Origin: Vicugna vicugna
Taxonomy: Eukaryota
NCBI GenBank assembly: GCA_013265495.1
Contig: MU058337.1
Coordinates: 2,200,686-2,264,685, forward strand
Length of the DNA stretch: 64,000 nt
Direction: 5' to 3'
The notes beneath the pieces are model-generated. The model worked only from the letters and a program-made list of their open reading frames with translations, searched no databases and was not told where the DNA came from. Below are positions 1-13,002 of the stretch, one piece after another; within the stretch, counting starts at the first letter, position 1, and the number at the start of each line of letters is the position of its first letter. Made by a program: the position numbers and the translations under genes.

Positions 1-495
1 TCTGTTCTGATAGAAGGGGATTATTTCCATGCAGTCTTGGCTGTGAAAAGGAATGAGCACCGCTTCAAACATTTCTTTTACAGAAACTCAGCCTTTGTGT
101 TTAGGGCTGTGTATAATGAAATGGAATTTGGGTAATGAATAGGAACTTAGACGTCTACAAAATATCCTCAAGTAATTCAGAGGTATCAAAAGTTCAAGTA
201 TGTAAAATGTCTCTTTAATCCTTGTGATAAGGAAGAGCAAAAAGGCCCTGGTGAAGGGCTGAGTGGTGACAGGAGATCTGAGGCTAGATTTCCATGAAGC
301 TAAACATTGAGGTGAAAACTCCGAAAGGCATCCAGGTGTATTTCTTGAACATCTTTCTCCTGTATTTTATACATAATTAAAATTTTCTGTTTTCTTCCAA
401 TGATTATCCATGTAAAACTAACTTTCGAAAGACTCGATTTTTTTTTTTTTTGCTTTTTTTCTCAGTTGAATCACTTTTCTTTGGTGGAAATAGAG

Positions 496-726
496 ATTTT
501 GTTTGTTTATTTAGTTAGTTGTATGTGTTGCATTTTCTTATGGTTCAGTATTTATTTTTTATTGAAGTATAGTTGGTTTACAGTGTTGTGCTAGTTTCTG
601 GTATATAGCATAGTGATGTAGTTATATATATGTATGTATGTGTGTGTGTGTGTATAAATATATATTTCTTTTCATGTTCCTTTTCATTGTAGGCTATTAC
701 AAGGTATTGAATATAGTTCCCTGTGC
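496..726 (-). mobile_element. Short 5'-truncated LINE-1 3' end (cetartiodactyl-type) with target-site duplication
   Basis: T-rich tail followed by the typical L1 3'UTR end 'attgaagtatagttggtttacagtgttgtg...aatatagttccctgtgct'. Flanked by the 11-bp direct repeat TGGAAATAGAG at 485-495 and 727-737. Confidence 0.85.
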
Positions 727-3104
727 TGGAAATAGAGTATAATGGAGACAAGTGGTATTGATTTAGAGGGTTTACTGAAAAGTAGGGAAATACAGACAAT
801 GCAAGCTCATAATATCAAAGTAATTCTTTTCTGTATTATATTAGACCTTAATGACCAAAAGAGGCTGAGCATTCATTGGTCTAAAGGACCTAAAGGAATA
901 AGCAAAGACTTAGAGGAATAAGATCAATACATAGCAGAGAACCAGTTTGATTTTTCTTTTTTATGATGGAACCACAGTGAAGGGGTTGCTACCCAGTGTT
1001 GCTTTTCATTTTCTTTTGATATGCATGCAATCTCACTATGAAGAGAAAGAACAAAAATAGAAGAAAAAAATAAAAGAAGGGAGGAATGAAGTAGAGCAGT
1101 AAGGAAGGGAAGAAAGGGAAAGAAATACAAAGAAGCAAAGAGTCTTTTATCACAGAGAGATTGATGATTAAAGATCACAGAGAAGTTGTTTTTGTACTGA
1201 ACTTGGCCTTGATCTGTAGCTGTTGACATTTAGCTCTTGGAAATACGTCTGTTCTCTTGACTGTAGTTCTCAAGTGTAGAAACCCAAGTTCTACAGTAAG
1301 GACGTGCAGACATGCAGGTGGACATAGTGTGCTTTTTTCCACAAAGTTAGCAGGTGACAGAGCTCTGTTCTGCACCCATCATTGCTTAGGCATTTTATTT
1401 GAAATTCTGTTCACATTCCCATGTGTGCATTAAACTGGGACAACAATACACGCACTAAACTACCTCTGATGATGTCCACATTCAGCAGTGTTTCTCTGTA
1501 ACTCTTCGTCCTGAGGGATGTGATGCTGGAGAGAAGAGAAGCTAGCAAAGTGTAACTCGGAGGGAGTCTTTATTTGTACTTGAATAGTTTTTTTTAAATA
1601 CACATTTCTTTCACTTTCTTAGCTTCAGTAATCCTTGAAGAGAACAGAATCAAACCTTGTATTTTAATGAGGATTTTTCAGTACTATGGCCGTGTGGAGC
1701 AAAAGTGAAAAAGAAATGCTATTGGTGTGTGTGAAAGAAAATAGGACCAGGGTTGCTTTCTTTGAGAACAGAATTTATATTGTCTAAGCGTAAATGACAA
1801 ACTTGAGATTAGATTTGTTACGTGGAACCAAATGAGCTAAAAAGGAGATATACTATTTTAAATCCGTGATGTCAAATCAATGCCTCATGTAATATGACCC
1901 AGTGGATAATAAAGCAGAATATGTAAGTGGAAGAAAAAGCACCAGAAATGATACTTAACTGACTGGAACATTTGCACTCAGATTTGTCATGAGCCATCAC
2001 ATCCATATTAGTATTTTTCATTTTTAAGGGTCTTGGCAAAGCAAGGGAACTTGCCAATAAGTGAATTGACTGGCCTTCTAAATGTCTTTACTTATAACTA
2101 CAATTATAATTTTCTCATCACCCTGCTATGAATTATTAAAAGAATATTGGCATTTTGCTATATATTTTAATTATCTTTAAATCATTCCTCATAGTAAAAA
2201 TAATATTATAGCAATTAAAATTTTGTTAAGCAAATTTTCAGCCTGGGCTAAGTTCTTAAATCAATGCTCATTTCAGTTAACATGTAACTTTACTTTTTTT
2301 TCTTCTTTAAAATCAATGTCCACATGATTCCTTATAGATAAAAGTGTTCTATTCCTGAAATAAGAAAGAACAGTCTATAATTTTAGTATCACTTCTCTTA
2401 ATGCCTTTATGGATATGTATTTTAACTTGAATTACATATATAGATACAGATATATCAACATATCTACATGTGGATCTATGCTCATTGAAAAAAATGGAAT
2501 CCCTCCCCAGAGATCCATAGAAATATAGATCCCATATGTGTAAAGTGTGTTAAACCTGCCTGACCACAAAAGATATTCTGTCTTTATAGACCCCCTTACA
2601 TTTCTGGGTCTGCCAGATTTCCTCATCTTGTTGTTGCTGTTTGTTAAACAAGGCTAAAAGGAAATTTCAAGTGTTTAGAACATCCTTTCTAGGATGCATT
2701 TGGAATGCCGTAAAAGGCAGGAAAATATTGATCTTGGACTTCCACGTAGGTTTGAGGGACTTTAAATTTGTAATGGTATGTTCTCCGCTGACTGTGGTAC
2801 CTGAAGTTCATCGCCTTGTAGGAGACAGGGCAATAACCCTGGTACCAGCACCATTTCTAAAGTTTTGCGGACATGGTGACAACGTGTCTCTTCATTGGAG
2901 AGCTGGGGAGGTGGTCCACCCTGACTCATGCAAAAATGTTTCCCCATTTCCTGCTGGACTTAGGAATTTTAGTATCTTTATAGAAAAGTCTCTTCTACAA
3001 TTAATGTATTCAGGATTGATTGTGTTGCATGAAGCTGAGTAACTCTTAAACTGCTCCGACAGGATTCTGTCTGCATCATGGCAAATATGTTATGAGAGTG
3101 AGGA

Positions 3105-3300
3105 GCACGTCCCCCACCGCCCACCCCGGCACCCTCGGTTCTCAGTCATTAACCGAGGATGACACACTTTCCCAGCGAGAACAGACGCAGGCTTGGGATC
3201 GTCCTCAGCGCAGTGGTCCCGGAAGCATCGCGCGCTGACCCGCGGTGGCGCGGGAAAGAAAGCTGTCTTGCCTCGCTGTCTTTTGTTTCTCACCAACGGT
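3105..3300. promoter_or_regulatory. Small CpG-island-like patch with GC-box, ETS and E2F motifs
   Basis: About 19 CpG in ~200 bp (hand count) in a CpG-poor background. CCGGAAG at 3219-3225, GCGGGAAA at 3250-3257, ccccaccgcccacccc at ~3111-3127. Confidence 0.5.
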
Positions 3301-3971
3301 TCTTTTAAAAATGAAACTGTTATCAATCAATGAGTGTAAAGGAGTCTATTTATGGTGATATTTTAAAATTTCGTGTTTTGAGACACATACCCCCCACTAC
3401 AGAAAAAAAAAGATACAGACTATAAAGAGAAAATTTAGATGATCAAAAGCAAAATGAGCGTGTCAGCAAGCGAGAGATCAGGGAGAAACGGCGAAGGTAG
3501 GCGGAGCGACAGGGTCTGGAAGGAGGCGGAAGCAGCGGCATGCTGTCTTCTCTGGGGACCGGGAGCATAAGTACCACGTAACCTTTCACTGCTTAAAATA
3601 GTAGCCTGTGTTTGGGCTCTCCTGCTTGAGAAAGGATGCTGAAAGGAGATGGACTGCTGACCATTGCCTGGGACTAAGGCTTAGGTAGTGAGATTTACGG
3701 AGGGAAGAGGAGGCAGCCAGGAAGGGTCCAGGTTGCCTATTTGATGTGCTACAGGACCTGAGCTATCCCGGTATCAGTGGAAACTGGCGCTGTTCTAAGA
3801 CATGGTTCTGGAATAGAGACTGCTAGTGAGAAGGAGTGAGATTACAGGAAAAGGAGAAGGAGCAGAGATTAATTTAGTCCAAATAAAATAAATACAATAG
3901 AACAAAGAGAACAATATGAAAAGATTCTCAGTATGTTAAATATCCTCAAAACAAAAAAGACATAACAAGAG

Positions 3972-4468
3972 AATTTTCCATTCCTGCTGTAGCAAATTAT
4001 CATAAACGTGGTTGTTTAACACAACACGAATATGTCATCTTACAGGAGGTTAGAAGTCCAACACGTGTCTCTCTGGGCCCAAAATCGAAGTGTCAGCAGG
4101 GCTGCTTTTCTTCTGGAGGTGCTAGGGGAGAATTTGTTGCCTTAGGTTTCCAGCTTCTAGAGGACCTGGGATTCCATGGCTCAGGGCTTGTCCTTCTGTC
4201 TTCAGAGCGCATCACTGCAACCTCTGCCTCTGCCATCAAATCTACTCTTCCATCTCTCATGTTCCTGCCTCCCTCTTATAAGGATTCTTGAAATTACTTT
4301 TGACCCACGTATGTAATCCAAGATAATCCTCCCATCTCAAGATTCTTGACTTAATCACATCTAAAAAGTCCCTTTTGCCATACAAGGCAATGTGTTTACA
4401 GGTTCCTGGGACTGGGGCGTGCACGTCTGTGAGTGGTGTGTGGGGAGATGTTGATTTGTCTTACCACA
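3972..4468 (-). mobile_element. MaLR solo LTR, MLT1D-like
   Basis: Characteristic MLT1 segments 'gctgtagcaaattatcataaac', 'ttagaagtccaa', 'tgtcagcagggctg', 'taatccaagataatcctcccatctcaagattcttgacttaatcacatct', ending '...ttaccaca'. Confidence 0.85.
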
Positions 4469-4739
4469 GCATCCATATAAAGAACAAAGAAGACTATGAA
4501 ATAAATATAGGCAGAAGTAAATTTGTGGCTAAAGGGAAAAATAAACTAGAAAGGTATCTCGTTGTCATCAGAAATACTTGGTAGTTTCTAGACTGGCCCA
4601 GTCAGGAAAGAATTCACCCAGGTGTCACACAGAGATTCTGCTGAAGCTCATACTGAAGAATTTTTTGCACATCTACACATACAGGCACACACGTGTACAC
4701 ACACACACTGTGTATAAAAGGGCAGTTCAGAGACAAGGA

Positions 4740-5085
4740 AGCTAGACTGAGAGACTCCAACATGTGCCCAAAATAAGGGGAGAAAGAGGATATAAGAAAA
4801 GCACTATTTGAAAAAAAAAAAAGTGGGGAATCTGCCACAATTGAAGAAAAATGTGAACCTTCAGATTGAACGGGCAAGCCTAGTACTGAGAAAAGGAAAT
4901 GAAAATAAACCCACACAAAGGTGCAGAAAAATGAAATTGCAGAGCACCAAAATGTATACTCTGAAAAGCGAAAAGAGAGAAAAACTGTCCAGAAAGATAG
5001 CAGTTAGACTTCTTCTATACCCTAATTAAAAAAAAAAAGAAACACCTGCGACTCTAGAATTCTGTACTCAGATAAAACATCAGGT
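4740..5085 (+). mobile_element. Old L1M/HAL1 ORF1-region remnant
   Basis: A-rich sense sequence with ORF1-like segments 'tgaaccttcagattgaacgggca', 'atgaaattgcagagcacc', 'ctagaattctgtactcagataaa'. Heavily decayed. Confidence 0.6.
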
Positions 5086-5957
5086 AAGGTTAGGCTGAGG
5101 GACAAAATAAAGTATGGTGTATCTTGCAGCCTGATTTTTTTGATCTGGGTTCAGTTTTCTTTTGCAAAAGTATACTGTTTAGTATTTCTTGCAGTAACAT
5201 TCGATTCTATGTACATCTGAATATTTCTGTTCCTCTGGTAACTAATCTAAGGTGCAGAAGATGAGAAGACAGTAATGATAGAAATAGGGTCTCGGTCAGG
5301 CCATGAGAAGAGAGGGGAACCCCCCCCCTCGCTGTGGGGTTGAGTTGAGTAGGCAATGTGAGATCCTGAGAGATCTCTTGACCAGTGAGACTGAGTTGAC
5401 GTGAATCAAAGGAAGTGTGTAGCATGAAATAACAAGGCCATAATCCTAGGAACTTCCAGATTACTGGAATGCGTTTATTATGGGTTTCTTTTTTTTTTTT
5501 TTTGAGGAAGATAGGTCATTCTCAGATAGACTGAAAAAAAATAACTGATAAACAACCTGATTTCTTTAACCTGTAAGTACTGTTGAAGTAAAGTTCCTCT
5601 GGTTCTTTACTTAATCAAAACACTTTAGATATTATTAGGGAAGTAACAATATAGACAGTTCCTTTGGATCAGGGTCAGGGACTTTCCCGTATTCTACTAT
5701 CTCAATATTCATCATTTACCTAAGTTAGTGGCTCCTGTAAATATTGTAGACATATTAAACTGCCTGGTAGGTTTACACTTAGGAGCCAACTCTAAACATC
5801 TCTTAGTGGCAACTGCGATTCTTGGTTTTGGAAAGATTTTTTGCATAATCACAAGGCCAAGTCTAGTGAAGTCTGGCATCAATTACAAATACCTGTCAAC
5901 CAACTAGCAGGGAAGGGATGGCCCGGGGCTCTGGTGTACCTGTGGCCTGCCCGCTAG

Positions 5958-6137
5958 ATTGCTGACAAATGTTTAACAATAGGCTATCATGGTGGGTTGG
6001 GAGGGCCTGATTATGGCATTTGCTAACTCCCCTGGTCTAAATATTCCTCCAGGGAACTCACATGAGCTTAAAGTTACTCACTTGACATCATTCAATTCTG
6101 GGCACAGTTGGTTGTTGCTGGCGGGTGTGAGCTGGTG
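5958..6137 (-). mobile_element. hAT MITE, MER63-like
   Basis: 'gctgacaaatgtttaacaa...catttgctaactcccctggtctaaatattcctcc' is recognisably the reverse complement of the copy at 55865-56073. Confidence 0.65.
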
Positions 6138-7439
6138 ACTTAATTCTAAAACTCTGTATCTGAAGTAGTTACCTGTTAGTCACCCACACGTTGTGCTAGG
6201 TAAGCAAAGCATGGCAATAAGAGTCTGAATTTAGGTAACATTTTTTATATATTATGAAGAGTGGTTGAAGAAATCTGTTCTTTATCCTGGAGTGGAGGCA
6301 GCTGAATGGTGAAATCCTGAGCTCTGTGTTTATACAGATTTTTTTTTTTTTGACAGAGTATAATCTCCAGTTGCTTTCCATCCCTAAGGATCAAATCCAG
6401 ATATGCATAGTCTGAAACATTCCCCTTTCCGATTGTGCATAGCTTTGAAAAAGATTTCGGAAAAAAAAATTTTAGAGAAAAAGCTTTTTTTAAAACTGGT
6501 TGTCAGTTGACCAGATTTTACACTTTAAATCTTGCTAACCCCTTATATTATATGAAGGATTAGGGAAGGTTCAAGGAGAAAACTTTTGAGGCCAAATAAT
6601 TCAACAGCGTTTGGATAATCTGGGAAGGCAGGAGTTATTTTGCCCAGACACTCGAGCTAGGAACTTCATTCCTTACCAAGCTGCTTCCTGACATGGAATT
6701 CACGTCACTGTATGAATTCTAACTCCAGAAGTTCTCTGGAATTTTCCCTGGCCCTTCCTCTCAAATCACTGGCCAGTTCAAGCTACTCTGTATAGTACTG
6801 TATTCTGTTCTTATATCAATTGAAATAAGCAGGATAGAGAATTGCTGGCCATATGTGTTAAATTTGGCCGTCAATCTGACGGTTTCCCCCAAATAACATT
6901 CTGTCTTATACTTTTCAGGTGGGGGGGATACTTTTCAAGTCAGCCCATGATGTTGTAAACGCAAGATTTAGTATCCTTTGCACATGTTTCTGTTGGTCAG
7001 ATCTGAAAGACTATACTGTTTTTGAGAATACCAAATACCATTGGCATTGAAATTCTTGTGTTGCAATGTTCATCAGTTTCATTGCCCTGAATCTTTTGCC
7101 TAAAATGCAGACATAATTTTCTATGAAGGAACATGTTAGATTTTGCATAAAACTCAATTTTTCTATAAAATTATTTTTCTCTAAATCTTAAAAATGACTT
7201 AGACTGGTCAATCCTTTAGGGAAATCCCTAGTGAGAAAAATGAAATTAGTAATGCACAGACAAGGCTGAACAGGCCAACATCTGTTCAACTTAAAACATC
7301 TTATCTCAATAAATTAATTCACAAATGATGAATTAAGTAACTACATTAATTATTTATTAATTCATTTATTAACCCAATTCTTAAAAGACATTGCTTTGTG
7401 TGAAACATATGTGTTAGGGATATAGCGAGAAAGGTAACT

Positions 7440-7590
7440 AACATTTGATGGTCTCCTAATATGTGCTGAGTGCTTTATATTATTACATTTAAACAAATAT
7501 TTAGGACATATAATACCTCCCTTTTTTGAATGAGGAAACTGAGGCTTAAATAATTTAGTTATAGAATTTAGATGTATCTCAGAATTCAAG
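7440..7590 (-). mobile_element. MIR SINE fragment
   Basis: MIR core 'tgaatgaggaaactgaggctt'. Confidence 0.7.
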
Positions 7591-7929
7591 TGTGGAGTAA
7601 CAATAATCTATGTCCAGTTCTTAATACCTTCAAGAATCTTTACGCTTTGGTTCCATGTAGCTTCCTACAGGCAAGTGTAACATTAAGATATAGCACATAA
7701 TTTCCTCTTTCAAAATTTTAGTGTAGATAAGGAAATAAGACATGCCCAATTACCAATATTGCTTAAAAAACAATGTCTTTTATTTAAAATATGATTAAAA
7801 ATAAGTAAGTGGTAATGAAAGTAAATGTGTTTTTAGAGCTTAAAGATAGAGAGACATCCTTTGTGAGCTAAGGAGTTTTAGAGATTCAGTTTTATTTACT
7901 TACTGCATATAATGAAATAGCCAGTACCC

Positions 7930-8000
7930 CATTCATCCATCCATCCACCCATCCATACATCCTTCCTTTCCATGCATCCTTCCATCCATTCTTTCATCCA
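7930..8000. repeat. Degenerate (CCAT)n microsatellite
   Basis: 'attcatccatccatccacccatccatacatcc...tccatccatt' seen directly. Confidence 0.8.
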
Positions 8001-8315
8001 GCATTCACACATCAATAACACTTTTAAAGGAAGAAGGTGAGTTTACTCAGATTTCTATATAAACAGAGGTATTCTGAGATTAAATATGGATAGTTATAAT
8101 TTTATCATTACTTCTCCTATCCAAATATAGGCAAATCATATATTTATAAAACTTATAAAGATAATAAAATTTATGAAGAAAGGCATATTTTAAGGTTGGT
8201 TTACTTTCATTACTACTACTGCTGCTACTATATGCACATACAAAACTAGAAGAAAAAAACTGATTTAAAATATTAACCTAAAATAAAGAAGGGATTGGAT
8301 CAGCTGGACAAGAAA

Positions 8316-8719
8316 CGTATCAGTTTCGTTGCGATAGTGTACAACACCAAAATCTCAAGAACTTAATAGCACAAAAATGATTCTAGTTCACACACTATCC
8401 ACTTGGGTCCTATAGACATATCAAGGGAATGAACTGTCTTCTATATATGGGCTCAGATGACCGGGACACTGTAATCGGCGGTGCCTCTGTCTGAACACAG
8501 TACTATAGGGTTCAAGGAGAGGAAACTTGGATCATCAAGAATTGACTCTGAAACGCCTCCTCTTAGAGATGACACACACCACTTCTGATGATATTTTATT
8601 GGCCAAAACCCATTACTGTACATGGTCACGCCTCATGTGACTTAGAGAAGGCAAGAAAGTCAGATTTTACCCATCTGTCCAGGAAATACTGCTGAGTGCT
8701 AGTAATGTCTGTCATTACA
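8316..8719 (-). mobile_element. Old MaLR solo LTR (MLT1I/J-like)
   Basis: 'acaacaccaaaatctcaagaacttaatagcacaaa', 'gatgacacacaccacttctg...ttttattggccaaaacc', 'catggtcacgcct'. Confidence 0.65.
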
Positions 8720-11215
8720 AAAATGCGGCATAATTGTTAATATTTAAGACCCAAAGAGACATTCACCAACATAAAAATATTTAAGACATAAAAGATATCT
8801 AACAGGAGAAAAACATAAACCTGGGGGTGAAATTCTGAGTAGCATTAATTTTTCATCTTTTCTGAAGCTAACATTGCTACATTTCTGAAGACAAACACTC
8901 CCTTCCGTTCTGTCTTGGAGAACAGGAAAGGACACATTATATCACATATACACATGTGTATGTGTGTTTGCATATGCATGTACACATGTACATGTATATG
9001 GATTGTGTATAGTACATCTGCTGTTGCTATGCAGGGCATTTCTGTTACAGTTTTGCCTTTAACTCATAGAGTTTTTGTAATCAGTTGTTAATAGCATGTA
9101 TTTTTTAAAAGCACTAAATTCTCTTAGTTTTTTCTTTGAAATAAAATTAGAAAGATTGTTACTGTTGCCAATTGTGCCCTCAAGTGTTAACATTATTCAC
9201 AAGTGTTTAAAGGAATAATTAGCTTCACTTCATTCCATCCTACTTGTACTATAATTATAACATGACCTTTGTTCTATTTATACACACAAGTGGTATATTC
9301 TAATAGGATTTTTTTGTGAAGAAGAAACACTTGATAATAGCCTAATTTCCTGATGGTATTATACAATAGATCATAAATGACCTTACCTTGGAGAAAAAAT
9401 TAAATGAAAGACACCTGCATTAGAGATCAATTTCCTAATGTTCAGTTTAAATTCATCATGCTGAGCTAGCCAAGGACACCTTTCTTGTCCTACCATTTGA
9501 TGGAAATGATTTCCATGTGTTTTGCGATTCGACTCCATCCTGCCTTAGATAATGCAGTGACATCAAACACTTCAGATGGCTGACTATGCCTTGTAAAACT
9601 TGCTTTTTATTGTCCGAGTACTGTAAATTGTAAATAAGAAGGGGAAAATACGTTTGGGGCAAGAATAGTAGCACTCACATCTCAGAGTGATTTCACATTT
9701 CAGTATTTACATATATGACATCAAATATTAATGGTTTTATTTCATTTTTATATCAGAGGGATTCTAAATGTGATATGACAACCTTAACTCTGAATTTCTC
9801 TGGTTTTGTCAGAACTTTGCTATGCAGTTCTGAGCACTGCCATGCTTCTCACTTTTAAACAAGAAACAGTTGGTTAAATACATACATACAACTCTGACAG
9901 CTTGACCGTAGCTTTGCATTCCTATTTGGGTAATGCCTAAATACCATGTTTGTAATTGTCAAGAAGCAACTTATTTTCCCTTTATCAGTTCTATTAAATA
10001 GCATATTAATAGGAAATTTAATTAAAGCTGAGTATTAAAATTAATAAAATTTCAATTTTCTATTCTATCTCTCAAAAGACAGTGTTTTCCATTTTGTTAT
10101 TTATTTGGTGTCAGTCAGTCACATCCGGGTGCTGTGAGCATCTGTTTGCAGGGTACTCTGAGGTTTATCTTTCCTTGACGTGCCTCACTTTGTACTGGAA
10201 TCACACATGCATGCTCTGAAATTGAGACCCTGGAAGCTACTCTCAATAAGGGATTCAGACACTGCCCTGTTTGATCCCCATTAAGTCTTTCCAGCTCCGG
10301 AACACTGATTGGCACTGCAGGACTCACAGAGTTTCTGTTGCCTTCAGCAGGTAAAGTTGAATGTTTGGGGGCTGATTTACTTTGAAAATTCCATTTTGCA
10401 TACACATTGTGCAGCCTACATTCCCACAGGTTTTCTAATCCTGGTTCAGTCTCAAGTCTACCACTTGTGTATAAAATGGAGACAATTTTAAAAGCAATAC
10501 CAACCTCGAAAATCCACCTCAGTTAAGAAGCTGATGACATACAGGAATGCATAGCATCTGCGTGCTCCCACAATGAGTGGAGTGGGATCATTAATTAAGT
10601 CTAAACTTTCCCCTGCTGATCGGGTTTTGATATTTATCACCAGACTGAATGAAGCTGGTGAGGGTTTCAGTAAAGCCCTCAGCCTCACCTGAGGGTAAAT
10701 TTCTATTTCCTTTGGATTTTTCTGACACCTCCCTCCTCTGTACTTTATGTAGTGAGTGCCTGTGCTGTCTGGTTAAAACAGAAAATGTAGGGAGAAACAG
10801 AGGGCTTTATGAAGGTGGTACCTAGTAAGTTAGAATGGAGGTCCAGCCTGAAGGAAGGGCAGAAAGACTCAGGACGAGAGGGGAGGACATGTCAAGACCT
10901 GCCTCGTGTGTAGTTTTAAACAGACCTTGTCCCTCCTATGAACTGAAAACCTACGGAGAAAACAGACAGATGGAGATCAAAGCACTGGTTTGTTACTGAT
11001 GAAGCTGAACTGGAGGAGGCAGCTTGCCACTGTGACTGTACAACTGGGCTTCCCAACTTTCCTACTAAATTGACAAACTTCTTTTTTAATGACTATTTAG
11101 TGCTGACTTTTGAAAGTTTATGGTATTGAGCAGCAAAGAATGAGAATCTTCAATGAAGAGGATGGCTCCAAAAAAGACTGAAACCTAGATTAAACTCAGG
11201 GAAGTTATATTTTGC

Positions 11216-13002
11216 CTTTTTTTTTTTCCTGTGTGTGTGTATATATATATATGTATACTTATTGACGTATAGTCAATTTACAGTGTTCTGTTAATTTCTG
11301 GTGTACAGCATAATGCTTCAGTCATACATGAACATACATATATTTGTTTTCATATATTTTTTCATGATAAGTTACTACAAGATACTAAATATAATTACCT
11401 GTGCTATACAGTATGAACTTCTTGTTTATCTGTTTTATATATATATTAATACCTGCAAATCTTGAACTCCTGGTTTATCCCTTCTCATCCCCCCCGTAAC
11501 TGTAAATTTGTTTTCTTTGTCTGAGTCTGTTTCTGTTTATGAGTTTGTCTTTTTTTTCTTCCTTTTTTTTAGATTCCATACATAAGTGATATCATATGGA
11601 TTTTTCTTTCTCTTTTTGGCTTACTTCACTTAGAATGACATTCTCCAGGTCCATCCATGTTGCTGCAAATGGCATTATTTTATTATTTTTTGTGGCTGAG
11701 TAGTATTCCATTGGATAAATATGCCACATCTTCTTTTTCCAGTCATCTGTTGATGGACATTTAGGCTGTTTAATTTAGGCTGATGTCTTGGCTATTGTAA
11801 ATAGTGCTGCCAAGAACATTGGGTTGCAGGTGTCATTTTGAAGTAGGGTTCCTTCTGGATATATGTCCAGGAATGGGGTTGCTAGATCATATGGTAAATC
11901 TAATTTTTTAGTTTTTTGAGGACTCTCCATTACTGTTTTCCATAATGGCTGCACCAGACTGCATTCCCACCAACAGTGGAAGAGGGTTCCCTTTTCTCCA
12001 CACCCTCTCCAGCATTTATTGTTTGAGGACTTTTGAATGATGGCCATTCTGACTGGTGTGAGGTGATACCTCATTATAGTTTTGATTTGCATTTCTCTGA
12101 TAATTAGTCATATTGAGCATTTTCTCATGTGCGTATTGATCATTTGTATGTCTTCCTTGGAGAATTGCTTGTTTAGGTCTTCTGCCCATTTTTGGATTGG
12201 GTTGTTTGTTTTTTTTCTTATTAAGTTGTATGAGCTGTTTATATGTTAAGCCCTTGTCAGTCTTATCTTTTACAAATATTTCCCCCATTTCATAGGTTGT
12301 CTTTGTGTTTTGCTTATGGTTTCATTTGCTGTGCAAAAGCTTGTAAGTTTAATGAGGTCCCATTTGTTTATTTTTGCTTTTATTTCTATTACCTGGGTTA
12401 ACTGCCCTAGGAGAACATAGCTAAGATTTACGTAAGATAATGCTTTGCCTGTGTTTTCTTCTAAGAGGTTTATAGTGTCTTGTATTATGTTTATGTCTCT
12501 AAGCCATTTTGAGTTCATTTTTGTGTATGGTGTGAGAGAGTGTTCTAACTACATTGATTTACATGCAGCTGTTCAGTATCCCAACACCATTTGCTGAAGA
12601 GACTGTCTTTTATTCCACTGTATATTCTTGCCTCCTTTGTCAAAGATTAGTTGACCAAAAGTTTGTGGATTCATTTCTGGGCTCTCTATTCTATTCCATT
12701 TGTCCATATGTCTGTTTTTGTACCAATACCATGCTGTTTTGATTACTGTAGCTCTGTACTGTTGTCTGAAGTCTGGGAGGGTTGTTCCTCCAGCTTCATT
12801 CTTTTTTCTTAGTAATGCTTTAGTGATTCTGGGTGTTTTGTGATTCCATACAAATTTTAGAATTATTTGTTCTAGTTCTGTGAAAAATGTCCTGGGTAAT
12901 TTAATAGGGATCGCATTAAATCTGTAGATTGTTTTGGGAAATATGGCCATCTCAACAATATTAATTCTTCCAATCCAAGAACATGGGATGTATTTCCATT
13001 TC
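11216..13002 (-). mobile_element. 5'-truncated LINE-1 (~1.8 kb): 3'UTR plus C-terminal ORF2
   Basis: T-tract at ~11216-11228, then L1 3'UTR, then ORF2 segments recognisable in the ORF track ([54 protein letters not shown]...[18 protein letters not shown]). Confidence 0.97.
11775..12950 (-). pseudogene. Disrupted LINE-1 ORF2p C-terminal coding remnant (post-RT region to Cys-rich domain)
   Basis: Four ORF pieces in different frames (12573-12950, 12270-12518, 12016-12288, 11775-12092) each match successive parts of L1 ORF2p, implying frameshifts/stops. Confidence 0.93.

Noticed and set aside
1463..1517. C/D-box snoRNA-like TGATGA...CTGA
   Set aside because: Only ~50 nt with no convincing internal boxes or guide; too short.
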